Virus record (IMG/VR): IMGVR_UViG_3300017917_001342
Coordinates: 247,669 to 311,668 of that record
Strand: one strand, 5' to 3'
Source of the DNA: a virus
Length of the DNA stretch: 64,000 nt
The position numbers and the translations under genes were made by a program. Of this stretch, positions 48,201 through 56,996 are shown piece after piece. Each line of letters begins with the position of its first letter. Positions within the stretch are counted from its first letter, which is position 1. The notes below the pieces were generated by a model. That model had not been told where the DNA came from, made no database searches, and was given only the letters and a program-made list of their open reading frames with translations.

Positions 48201-49493
48201 TTACCAAATAGTTTCGCCGTTTCTTTTTACAACAGCAGTGTAGGTTCCGTCAGTATTCCTAGACACATATAAGCGTTGTTTGATAAAACCGATTACATCG
48301 CCAACACTGTATTGATTTGATCTGTCTTGTACGTCTTTTAGACTTTGTTTGTACACTTCTTCTATATTGTGTATGTCTAAAACACTGCCATCTTCTTCAT
48401 TGGCTTCTTTAGCATATTCTCTAACTTCGTCCGGAGTTAGATCTATAGCATCTTCTATTGTGTCAAATATACCACGTGCTTCGTCGTTGTAAGATAGATA
48501 ACTGGGTGCATCATCTGTTATTTCATCGTCGTCGTTGACATAGCCTTCGCTACGCAACCACTCGTAATAGTAGTCGTCATTGGTTTCCCAATCGCTTAGC
48601 ATTTCGTATACATAATCCATCAACAGTTCTTTTATTTTTTTAGTCAATGGTACTAGTATTTCGTCGGGAGCAAATTCCAACATGCGATCGAAGTATTCTG
48701 GGTGTCGTTCTTTAAAAAAGTCAAACAGTTCAGGAAAACGTGTTCTAAGCAGCCAGGTCAATCCCACTGCATCGTCGTCTTCATTCATAAACTGTTCACT
48801 TGGAAAGTGTAGTTGATACTTTTCACCATCATGTTCAGGGTTCTTAGGTATCAATATGTACAGCGGTCCTTGACGGTTATAACGTTCAAAGTAATTGGTA
48901 CCATGAGTAGCAGCAGTACACCAGCGAGTACCTCGGCCATATCTACATGCTGCTGGTTCATCTAGTGGATGTACAATTGCAACTTCTGAGCTATCGTAGA
49001 TTTTTTCTGCTCGACCCTTGTCGGCATCATCTTCAACGTCTTCGTATTCGTCCATTCTATCTAGAAATTCGTCAAATGTCTTGTAGCGATTAATGTCATT
49101 GAATGGTGCAGCTATACGCTTTTTGCGATTGAGTTTGTCAAACTTGGCAAGATATGTTGCAACAGTACTGACCATATCTTCTATCTGCGTGATTCTTGTA
49201 TTTTGTGGTGATGCAAATAGTCTAGCCATCCACTGAGTATACTTTTTATTTGGCGACGGATCAGCAGCTTCAAACTGTTCCATAGCTCGTTCTGCAAAAT
49301 CATTGAGGCTGTCAGGATCTGATGCTGCATCGTGATATAATGGGCTATTTTTAAGTTTATCGGCTAATTGGTTCAAAGGTGTCGAATATAAACCAACTGC
49401 ATCACGTAGTGCAGCTAATCCTAAATTTGGACCTATCGCAGCAATAGCACGAGCGCGATCATATTCTAGTAATAGTAAAGTTTGTATTTTCAT
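48201..49493 (-). CDS. hypothetical 430-aa protein (motif YGRGTRWCTAATHGTNYF), translationally coupled to the upstream ART-like gene
   Basis: ATGA overlap at 49490-49493. Confidence 0.55.
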   Translation of the reverse strand: MKIQTLLLLEYDRARAIAAIGPNLGLAALRDAVGLYSTPLNQLADKLKNSPLYHDAASDPDSLNDFAERAMEQFEAADPSPNKKYTQWMARLFASPQNTRITQIEDMVSTVATYLAKFDKLNRKKRIAAPFNDINRYKTFDEFLDRMDEYEDVEDDADKGRAEKIYDSSEVAIVHPLDEPAACRYGRGTRWCTAATHGTNYFERYNRQGPLYILIPKNPEHDGEKYQLHFPSEQFMNEDDDAVGLTWLLRTRFPELFDFFKERHPEYFDRMLEFAPDEILVPLTKKIKELLMDYVYEMLSDWETNDDYYYEWLRSEGYVNDDDEITDDAPSYLSYNDEARGIFDTIEDAIDLTPDEVREYAKEANEEDGSVLDIHNIEEVYKQSLKDVQDRSNQYSVGDVIGFIKQRLYVSRNTDGTYTAVVKRNGETIW

Positions 49494-50650
49494 CGTTCGA
49501 GCTCATCTGCTACTATTAGGTTGCCTTTTCTGACAAATTTTCTCAAACCATCTGCTTGTATAAGTTCGTGAGTGCGTTCGTCAGTTGGATAGACTTTACA
49601 TACTTCTAATTCATTTTCCCAGGTGTACTCTGGATTGGGATCGCCTGCTTGCCAATCGTCAAATCCCTGTTTACCATCGGCTAACGCAGTCTCAGGAGTC
49701 TGGCCGGTACCCCAAGCATAATCTTCACTGGGATTGCCAAAGAAATACCACTCGGCTTTGGTTTGTGGTATTGGGCCAGCTTTTTCTTTTGGACGATTCA
49801 TAGTAGTTTGATCGTAATAGACTTTACCGTTTGATCTATTTTCGATTCGTATAATACGAGTTTTACCTTTGAATCCTATGTTGCGTGTAACTCTAACTGT
49901 GTCAGATTCAATAGGTTTAACTGTGGCAAGTACATTGTACATTGCGGTTTCGAACGCAGGGGTATGTCTAATGTCATTTAATATGCGAAAACTTACATAA
50001 TTTCTAAATTTACTAGACGATTGCTTCTTATTGACAATATGTCGTAAAAATACAGTTGCGAGTACTCTTATTTCAAGTAGCGCATTGCGATTCAATTTGA
50101 TTTTTGTAGGTCTGGCATTGTATTGGCGCAGGTTTATTTTAGTTGGATTTAAAAATGCCTGTTCAACATGCGTTAATGCGTTTTGAAAATTTTGTTTGTT
50201 TGAATAGTATGCCGAAGCGTCTTCTACAGATTCAATTGCTGCGGGTGTTGAATCTAATATAGACTCAGTTAATATTGCCATAATATCATCTTCGTCTATA
50301 GTACCTGAACTTATCACATACTGTAGAGTTATTAAAACAGGATCACCGCCATGTGCAGTAGATGCGTTGTCTGCACCTTCTTCTGCTTTGTCTAAGTCAG
50401 AAGTTAGATACACACCGCCTTTAAATGTATCATATCCACCAGTATCTACATTAGTCTCTCTACTGTATGTGGATTTTGGTGGATTAGCTAATAATCCGTG
50501 CTTTAGTATACTAGGTACTAGTGCGCTGCTAGTACCATGATACATGGTTTGAACACGTTGTATTTTTCGTTCGGTGAGGATGTCGTTGATTTGCATCCAA
50601 TATTTATAAGCAAGATAGCTTGAATAACAGTTGTTCTTCTTGACTGGCAA
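49490..50650 (-). CDS. protein with N-terminal H-G-T ADP-ribosyltransferase / Tpt1(KptA)-like motif (MYHGTSSALVPSILKHGL ... GGVYLTSD)
   Basis: YHGT(S/A)..L..I...GL then V-Y/H-L-S/T resembles the NAD-binding core of KptA/Tpt1 and H-Y-E-class ARTs. Confidence 0.45.
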   Translation of the reverse strand: MPVKKNNCYSSYLAYKYWMQINDILTERKIQRVQTMYHGTSSALVPSILKHGLLANPPKSTYSRETNVDTGGYDTFKGGVYLTSDLDKAEEGADNASTAHGGDPVLITLQYVISSGTIDEDDIMAILTESILDSTPAAIESVEDASAYYSNKQNFQNALTHVEQAFLNPTKINLRQYNARPTKIKLNRNALLEIRVLATVFLRHIVNKKQSSSKFRNYVSFRILNDIRHTPAFETAMYNVLATVKPIESDTVRVTRNIGFKGKTRIIRIENRSNGKVYYDQTTMNRPKEKAGPIPQTKAEWYFFGNPSEDYAWGTGQTPETALADGKQGFDDWQAGDPNPEYTWENELEVCKVYPTDERTHELIQADGLRKFVRKGNLIVADELER

Positions 50651-50855
50651 ACCCTATGTATGCATGATTTGCATCAAACCACCACGCCCAGGGTCCTTGG
50701 CAGTTTACATCACACCATTCTATTAATTCATGTTCTATAGTTGGTATTCTGTTGTCGAAGAGCGATGTATGTTTGTAAACATACGGTACATCATTAGGCG
50801 GGAGATTATCCCGCCTAAATTTGCTTTCAACTGACTTACGCAGGGAAGAAGTCAT
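50604..50855 (-). CDS. W-tail family member, degenerate tail (EWCDVNCQGPW ... EEQLLFKLSCL)
   Basis: Motif 1 intact. The terminal W is replaced by C. Confidence 0.55.
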   Translation of the reverse strand: MTSSLRKSVESKFRRDNLPPNDVPYVYKHTSLFDNRIPTIEHELIEWCDVNCQGPWAWWFDANHAYIGFASQEEQLLFKLSCL

Positions 50856-51441
50856 AGATCATTACTTCTTCACGAGGCAATGATGTTTTAGGATATGGTG
50901 TACCTTGTGGAATACCAATTGCAATCAGCATACCAACAACGTGATTTTCTGGCATGTTAATTGCTGCGCCAACTGCATCAGCATCAAACCCAATCATTGG
51001 GCTACATGCAAATCCAAGATCTGTTGCTGCTAGCATGATAGCAGATGCTGCCATACCTACGCTACGCATAGCTTCGTCACGCTGTACTTCTGGACGATCC
51101 TTATAAAATCCCACGGTCATATCTGACATGTATTTTGCAGTTTCTTCGCCGTTTGCAACCCAATAACGAGCCGGGTCGTTTTTCCATGCATTGAGATCTG
51201 CACACACTGCGATCAACACACTGTTAACACCGACCTGTGCTTGATCCCAAGCACTGCGCTTGATCTTTTCTTTAATGCCACGATCACGAATTGCAACAAA
51301 ACGCCAATTTTGAATATTGAAACTGGTCGGCATGCTGCGAGCAGCGTCAATAATGTAATTTAGATCTTCATCTGACATCTGATGACTGGGGTCAAAATCG
51401 CGCTGTGTTCTACGAGCCGTTACTACGTCTTTAAATTCCAT
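50836..51441 (-). CDS. nitroreductase-family (NAD(P)H-flavin oxidoreductase) protein
   Basis: N-terminal RRTQRDF and a fold-typical pattern (Q-N-W-R-F, glycine-rich end). Confidence 0.7.
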   Translation of the reverse strand: MEFKDVVTARRTQRDFDPSHQMSDEDLNYIIDAARSMPTSFNIQNWRFVAIRDRGIKEKIKRSAWDQAQVGVNSVLIAVCADLNAWKNDPARYWVANGEETAKYMSDMTVGFYKDRPEVQRDEAMRSVGMAASAIMLAATDLGFACSPMIGFDADAVGAAINMPENHVVGMLIAIGIPQGTPYPKTSLPREEVMIYDFFPA

Positions 51442-51518
51442 TTGTTATCTCCTTAGGATATTATTATTTTATAGTCAATAGTGTGCGATTACAATGTGTA
51501 GATCTGCATAGTGTATGT

Positions 51519-51553
51519 GTAAAAGAATAAGGGCAAGCGTAAAGCTTGCCCTT
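51519..51553 (-). terminator. minus-strand intrinsic terminator (AAGGGCAAGC-GTAAA-GCTTGCCCTT then TTATTCTTTT)
   Basis: 10-bp stem plus a T-rich tail downstream of 51575..52087. Confidence 0.55.
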
Positions 51554-51574
51554 TGAGTCACTGTGCAGTGTTGA

Positions 51575-52087
51575 TTAGACCCACTCTTGGCCCATTGCAC
51601 GCATCTTAACGATGCTGTCGAGTGCGTAGGTGCGGATAACAACCTTGTTGTCAAGCCCGCCTTGACCGTTGTCGTCACGCTTTTCCGGAAGCCCTTCGAT
51701 CAGTTCGGGTGCAATCGGATAGCCATCTTGCAGGTATTGCACTTCGCCTGCATTCATGAAGATCACTTCCAAATAGTGCGCACCCTTGTGTTCAACAAAG
51801 GGCGTACCGGCAATACGCTGTCCCCAGGCACGCTCACCGAGTTGGAACGATTCGGGATCTTTGCCTTCAGCAGCAAGACGACGCTTAACCATTGCATCAT
51901 ATGCGCTGCCATTGGTGTTAGTGAAGCACATTACCGTAGAACCAGTAACTTCTTTGGTAATGCGACCTTGCTGCGGATTCTTTTTGCCGCCCTTGAGCAC
52001 AACTTCGGTAACAGTGTCAATACCAACAAACGTACCACCTGCCAGCGTTTCGAACACTTTCTGTGCAGTTTCCAGTTTCATTTGCAT
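51575..52087 (-). CDS. hypothetical 170-aa protein
   Basis: ORF followed by a terminator. Confidence 0.55.
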   Translation of the reverse strand: MQMKLETAQKVFETLAGGTFVGIDTVTEVVLKGGKKNPQQGRITKEVTGSTVMCFTNTNGSAYDAMVKRRLAAEGKDPESFQLGERAWGQRIAGTPFVEHKGAHYLEVIFMNAGEVQYLQDGYPIAPELIEGLPEKRDDNGQGGLDNKVVIRTYALDSIVKMRAMGQEWV

Positions 52088-52163
52088 AACCCTTTGTGTG
52101 TTTGCCTATGCGTTCACACTATAGATATTTGTTAACCATGTCAACTGGATATTTTGAAAAATC

Positions 52164-52550
52164 TCAATTTTTTAATGCAGCAAGTCTAGCAGCACGAGCA
52201 GCAGCTTGTTCGGCTTTGCACTTTTCTACATGTGCAAGCCCTGCATCAAGTGCAGTCTGCATTGCTTTGATACCTTTTTCATCAAGTATCACATCTGACA
52301 CAAAAGTATAGTGTCCTGTAAACAGTATCTTAGCAGCAGTCTTAATGCGCCAAGGCCAGCGTTTAAAGAAGTTACCCCAACGTTCAAATGCACCGAACCG
52401 CAGTTCAACATTTAGAGAAATTTCAGTAAATTCTTTTTCTGCTTCAAAAAACATACTGACGTCGTGATCACAATCGCCGCAATCGCATGCAACTCGCCAA
52501 TGGCTAGAACCATCGCAGTAGTCGTTGAGTTTCATTAGCTTTTCTTGCAT
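52164..52550 (-). CDS. hypothetical 128-aa Cys-rich protein (CDCGDCDHD)
   Basis: ORF. Confidence 0.5.
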   Translation of the reverse strand: MQEKLMKLNDYCDGSSHWRVACDCGDCDHDVSMFFEAEKEFTEISLNVELRFGAFERWGNFFKRWPWRIKTAAKILFTGHYTFVSDVILDEKGIKAMQTALDAGLAHVEKCKAEQAAARAARLAALKN

Positions 52551-52567
52551 TGTGTTTCCTTGTTGTT

Positions 52568-52644
52568 TGGTAGGGGATGCAGGACTCGAACCAGCAACCT
52601 ACGGATTATGAGTCCGGCGCTCTAACCAATTGAGCTAATCCCCC
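52568..52644 (-). tRNA. tRNA with CAU anticodon (Met/Ile2-type; overall closest to elongator tRNA-Ile2(LAU) architecture), CCA encoded
   Basis: Cloverleaf folded by hand: 7-bp acceptor (G1-U72 wobble), D-arm AGCTCAATTGGTTAGAGC, anticodon loop CUCAUAA, T-arm GCTGG-TTCGAGT-CCTGC (one U-U mismatch), discriminator A plus CCA. Confidence 0.8.
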
Positions 52645-52654
52645 ATTGTAGCTA

Positions 52655-53275
52655 TTATATAGCTTCGTTGTGCTTTTCTTGCAAGCGTTTTTTAATTGTC
52701 TTGTGAATACCAGGGTTTACCTTAAGCACATGCGGCATAAGTTCTTTACGAATATAGTTACGAGTAAAATCCAAATTGGCATTGCTAGTGTCTTCAAGCC
52801 ACGGCACATTATGCGATTCGCACCAAGCAACTAGATCAGCTTTGCGAGTAGTGAGAAATGGACGCACTACATTACCGCGATGCAGTTCTGGCAGCTTTGG
52901 TTGTCCGTTGATGCTGCCCCATAGCCAAGTTTCAACCGCATCGTCGAGATGATGTGCAACTACCACTGTTTCAGACAGCTTTTCAAAAAATGCATAGCGT
53001 TCTTCACGCCAGTATTCTTCAATGCTTTCGCTTTTATGACGCGGTCTTGACACAGACCCTATTACAATTGGAATGTCATGTGTAGTGCAATAATTTTCAA
53101 CAAACTGCAACGACTCAGTACTGTTATCAGCAGCATGGTCAAAATATGCAACCACAACCTGATGATTCCTACGAAGGAAGTCTAGTGCAGCCATTGAGTC
53201 GGCACCGCCTGAACAGGCAATGTAAAGGTGTCTCGGGAGTTTGTTCATAAGCTTGATCATGTGTAATATATACAC
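52655..53275 (-). CDS. tilS: tRNA(Ile)-lysidine synthetase TilS, N-terminal catalytic PP-loop domain only (206 aa)
   Basis: PP-loop SGGADS (IACSGGADSMAALDFL), HHLDD(A/Q)xET and RPFL..R..L..W......W.EDxSN blocks align with E. coli TilS. C-terminal tRNA-binding domains are absent. Confidence 0.8.
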   Translation of the reverse strand: MYILHMIKLMNKLPRHLYIACSGGADSMAALDFLRRNHQVVVAYFDHAADNSTESLQFVENYCTTHDIPIVIGSVSRPRHKSESIEEYWREERYAFFEKLSETVVVAHHLDDAVETWLWGSINGQPKLPELHRGNVVRPFLTTRKADLVAWCESHNVPWLEDTSNANLDFTRNYIRKELMPHVLKVNPGIHKTIKKRLQEKHNEAI

Positions 53276-53299
53276 GTTGCGATCAACAACTTCAACCGT

Positions 53300-54022
53300 T
53301 TATTTGGCTCTCCATGGGAAGTTACCACCATAGCGTTCGTACTGTATGCGGTTACCATTGTTGAAAAACTCTTGGTTAACACTGTTGGGATTGCCATCTA
53401 GTCTATAATTTAGTGTGTACTGTCCAGTGGTTCCCCATTGCGGAAAGTGTTGAGATATTGCAGCAAGAAAACGTCTGTCACCGCCCCAGCCCCAGTGCCA
53501 TGCAGAACCTATCTGTGTAATAACTTCACGCTTAATGCAGAAACTGCTGGTGTCAACTAGGTGATGATTTGCACCAAGATATATAGGCCAACGACCTAGA
53601 CTTTCACAGTCGTCTAGACAAAGGTAGTTACCATCCTTGTCTACAATTTTACGTAGGCTGTGCCCCCATTGCCAGCCATTGGCTTCTATGGCAGCAATCT
53701 GTGTAGCTACGTGATCAATATCAAACCAATTGTCTTGATCCAAATACAGTATGTAATCTGTATTCACCAAGTGGCTAACTGCTGCATAGATGCGATGACC
53801 ATAAAAACCATTTGCACCAGTGTTGTCGGGCAATTGCAATATTTTTACATAGTTGCGGTACTGTTCAATGACTGTGTTTACTGCGTCAGTAAACTGCGGC
53901 CCATCTATTACTACCCAGACTTCTGTATTTGGATGTGTTTGCAACAAAGCAGAATCAACTGCTTTGGCTAAAACTTCGTTACCAGTGGCGGCTATGACTA
54001 TGGTTGCTGTACTCATACTCAA
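53300..54022 (-). CDS. family-2-like glycosyltransferase (GT-A fold, DxD = LDQDN)
   Basis: N-terminal Rossmann IVIAATGNE, DGPQ, DxD. Confidence 0.6.
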   Translation of the reverse strand: MSMSTATIVIAATGNEVLAKAVDSALLQTHPNTEVWVVIDGPQFTDAVNTVIEQYRNYVKILQLPDNTGANGFYGHRIYAAVSHLVNTDYILYLDQDNWFDIDHVATQIAAIEANGWQWGHSLRKIVDKDGNYLCLDDCESLGRWPIYLGANHHLVDTSSFCIKREVITQIGSAWHWGWGGDRRFLAAISQHFPQWGTTGQYTLNYRLDGNPNSVNQEFFNNGNRIQYERYGGNFPWRAK

Positions 54023-54038
54023 GTGTGCGATCTAACAG

Positions 54039-54590
54039 TTAACCTTGCAACCATAGAGGGAACAATGCATCTTTGTTGTCAGTGCTGATAAAGTATCCGT
54101 TAAAGTCGCTGGTGTTAGGTACGATACGTACATTGGTATCTTTCAGATACTTTTTTATTTCGCGTAACGGTATACCTTGTGCATAGCACACATGTAGTCT
54201 CGGTGGAAGCTGTCTAACCCATTCTATTGCAGAGTCTATCATTGCATCTGTTCCAATAACGCAAACTTCATTTTCAACATAGGTGCAATCAATTAAATCA
54301 TCTGGTAGGTTCATAACCTGATGCACATAGCTGTTATGTAGGAAATCTTCAAACTTGCGTTTTTTTGAAATGTGTATAGCACCCTGTGCTGTGCAATAAT
54401 CTACAATTTGTGAGTGTTCCCAGTCACTTATAGCAGCAACACTCATACCTTTTATACCTGGTATATTCCACCATTTTTTAAAACTGTCATCGTGTGTTAA
54501 TTTCAATTCCCAGGCGGCTAATGAGAACGGAACTTTGTCCATGCTATTAACCATTCTTCTGAACATTCTGTAACGGTGATGTGTGGTCAC
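54039..54590 (-). CDS. hypothetical 183-aa protein
   Basis: ORF. Confidence 0.5.
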   Translation of the reverse strand: MTTHHRYRMFRRMVNSMDKVPFSLAAWELKLTHDDSFKKWWNIPGIKGMSVAAISDWEHSQIVDYCTAQGAIHISKKRKFEDFLHNSYVHQVMNLPDDLIDCTYVENEVCVIGTDAMIDSAIEWVRQLPPRLHVCYAQGIPLREIKKYLKDTNVRIVPNTSDFNGYFISTDNKDALFPLWLQG

Positions 54591-54643
54591 GGTAGTTGCT
54601 GTACCTTATTGTATTATTTAAGATATTTACTATCATTTGGCAT

Positions 54644-54898
54644 TTATCCCCAGACAAGTCGGTATTCTGTCCACAACTCGTCATCTAGCCATACAAATAT
54701 AGTAGTCGCAATCCACGGTTCGCTATTTCTTTTATAACGAACATGTTCAGTTCCTATGGTAATACCTCGATCTTGTAGCCAAAGATTCTGTTCAACAAGG
54801 TTAACATTCTGTAAAAGATCATCGTAATGACGGCGAGTATGATAACTGCGCCATTCCATATATTGTGGTTCTTCTAAGTGAAGCAATACTCGTTTCAT
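54644..54898 (-). CDS. W-tail family member (LWLQDRGI ... DELWTEYRLVWG)
   Basis: Motif match (EYRLTW subtype, like 17009..17257). Confidence 0.6.
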   Translation of the reverse strand: MKRVLLHLEEPQYMEWRSYHTRRHYDDLLQNVNLVEQNLWLQDRGITIGTEHVRYKRNSEPWIATTIFVWLDDELWTEYRLVWG

Positions 54899-54908
54899 AC
54901 GTAATTAC

Positions 54909-55130
54909 TTACGCACGAAGTCGTTCTTCCAATGTAAAATGTTCTACATCAAGAACATCCAACAACCAGTTAGTCATTACATCATCTATATAGTGTTGTG
55001 ATTTACCTAAAATATCACGACGTGCAACTGCAATATCGTTTTTGTAGAATGTAATCGAGTATCCGCCCTCGATATCACTGCAAACCGAATATTTGTTATC
55101 ATCTGGTATAAGGGAATAGATCTGATGCAT
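54909..55130 (-). CDS. hypothetical 73-aa protein
   Basis: ORF. Confidence 0.45.
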   Translation of the reverse strand: MHQIYSLIPDDNKYSVCSDIEGGYSITFYKNDIAVARRDILGKSQHYIDDVMTNWLLDVLDVEHFTLEERLRA

Positions 55131-55579
55131 TAGCCGGCTTTTTTAAGTTTCTCTTGAAACATTTTAAGTCTTTTTGCAGCAATGTCATTGTTTAACAGCA
55201 TATCAACTGTCCACGACAACGGTCTTGGCATTTCACTGAGATCTGCCCATTTATATTCAACATGTTCCCAACTAAGCTTGGGTTCAAATTCCTTATTGAT
55301 ACCTATTGCAAAATTAGTGTGTATGAACTTGGGTTCTTCTGTAGTGTTTGTAGACAGTTTAACAATAGGTGCTTCTGATAGACTGCGACCTATTTCTTCA
55401 GTTAGTTCTCTGTACAGTCCTTCTAGGACTGTTTCTCCACGTTCTACATGACCACCGGGTAAACACCAATGCAGTGGATCATTTACTAGATCACTGCGCA
55501 AAATAAAGAGGACACGTTCTGTCTCTCTGGCCCATATCAGTGCAGATGCTGCCTGTTTGATTAGTTCATCATATCTCAT
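55130..55579 (-). CDS. NUDIX hydrolase
   Basis: Nudix box GGHVERGETVLEGLYRELTEEIG. Confidence 0.8.
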   Translation of the reverse strand: MRYDELIKQAASALIWARETERVLFILRSDLVNDPLHWCLPGGHVERGETVLEGLYRELTEEIGRSLSEAPIVKLSTNTTEEPKFIHTNFAIGINKEFEPKLSWEHVEYKWADLSEMPRPLSWTVDMLLNNDIAAKRLKMFQEKLKKAG

Positions 55580-55587
55580 ATACTAAT

Positions 55588-56142
55588 TTATCCAAAATTC
55601 TCAATTGCCAACACTGTGTCATGATGTTGTAATATTTCGTAATGATTAGCTTGAACTCTAACAAATTCGCCGCAACTCCAACCAGTTTGTATTTTAACTG
55701 GTAATACACCATCGTTGTCTTCGTAGATAAATGGGTTAAAACCGGTGCCAGCAACAATATGCCGGACCGGTTTAGTGTAGGTTGCACGTTTCATATCTTT
55801 TATAACATGACTGTCTTTTGCGATCTGTCCTATTAGCCTACTGCGACTGAAATACAACTGTATGAGATTCAGTTCAAGTCCTGCTAATGGCGATGCTAGT
55901 GTGATAATGCGATTGACCAGTGGATGATCGTGTAAATGCAGTGCAACTATACCACCTAGACTGTGTCCTATAACTGTGCAGGGTTCGGTGATACTATCGT
56001 TTGCACGCTGTATTATATCTCGCATTCCGTCAGCAGCGTGATCATAGGATAACATAGTCCAGTTAGCAGTTATCTGTGAACGCAAATAGTTAAAACTAAC
56101 CGGACTGCTCCATGCGCCGTGTATTGCAAATATATTAGTCAA
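55588..56142 (-). CDS. alpha/beta-hydrolase (lipase/esterase-like, GHSLGG nucleophile elbow)
   Basis: G-H-S-L-G-G pentapeptide and a downstream His/Asp context. Confidence 0.65.
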   Translation of the reverse strand: MTNIFAIHGAWSSPVSFNYLRSQITANWTMLSYDHAADGMRDIIQRANDSITEPCTVIGHSLGGIVALHLHDHPLVNRIITLASPLAGLELNLIQLYFSRSRLIGQIAKDSHVIKDMKRATYTKPVRHIVAGTGFNPFIYEDNDGVLPVKIQTGWSCGEFVRVQANHYEILQHHDTVLAIENFG

Positions 56143-56359
56143 TGCGTAAACTCTCTAATAAGAGTATTATTTACGCTGCTATTGCATGGTTAACCCCAAG
56201 TTAGTTTAAACAGAACAGCGTCATCGAGATTTTTGAAATACCAATAATGGCCATAGCATTTGTACTTGCCAATGTTTTCGTTTAACCATGGCACAGGTAT
56301 ACCTTTCCATGTAGGTACAAAAACCATATGCCATGATTTATCAAGATGACGTTTATTCA

Positions 56360-56545
56360 TCAATCCAGCGATGGACCAGTGTCGTGATCAAGCTCGTAGA
56401 ACCGAGCATCATCAAGAGTTTTCAGCCAACGACCGGTTTCAAACGGATGAGTGATAACATAGATGCTGAGTACAAAAATGTACAAGCCAAGCACAGAAAG
56501 AACAACGTCGCGAATAGTTTTAGTAACGTACATGTGATGCCCCAA
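56360..56545 (-). CDS. small membrane protein (61 aa)
   Basis: Two hydrophobic segments. Confidence 0.4.
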   Translation of the reverse strand: MGHHMYVTKTIRDVVLSVLGLYIFVLSIYVITHPFETGRWLKTLDDARFYELDHDTGPSLD

Positions 56546-56605
56546 ATATCAAAGTAGAACAGATTGTCTACCAAAACAATTTAACACAACTTATAGCGTT
56601 GTCAA

Positions 56606-56902
56606 TCAATAGTCGCCATCTTGTAGTACAATTGCACTAGGTGTAGTTGTATCAATCAGTTTCATAGTGCCTCTGTATGCAAGTCCACGTTTTTGCAATT
56701 CTTCTGTTAATAATTCAATGGCTTGCGTTTCCGATTCTGCAACTACTACCGCGCTTACACCAACTGGCCATAATCCTTCGAAATCAGTATTGTAGTAGAC
56801 TTTTAGTTGTTTTGAAATTGTTGCATTGGCAGTGTCTAACTGCATTTGCAATGTTTCTAATTTAGCCTGTGCGTATGTTGCTTCGTATAGCCAGTCTGAC
56901 AT
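56606..56902 (-). CDS. hypothetical 98-aa protein
   Basis: ORF. Confidence 0.5.
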   Translation of the reverse strand: MSDWLYEATYAQAKLETLQMQLDTANATISKQLKVYYNTDFEGLWPVGVSAVVVAESETQAIELLTEELQKRGLAYRGTMKLIDTTTPSAIVLQDGDY

Positions 56903-56996
56903 GTTGACACTCCATGGATAATTTTCATTATATGGTAATATATCTCAAAGAATAAAATTCTTGAGAATAAATACTGTTACAGCGAGGTGCATCACT

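Noticed and set aside
52568-52644. Considered calling the tRNA a pseudogene because of the U51-U63 and C27-U43 mismatches
   Set aside because: All other cloverleaf elements, the conserved D/T-loop residues and the encoded CCA are intact. Phage tRNAs commonly carry single mismatches. The adjacent TilS argues for function.
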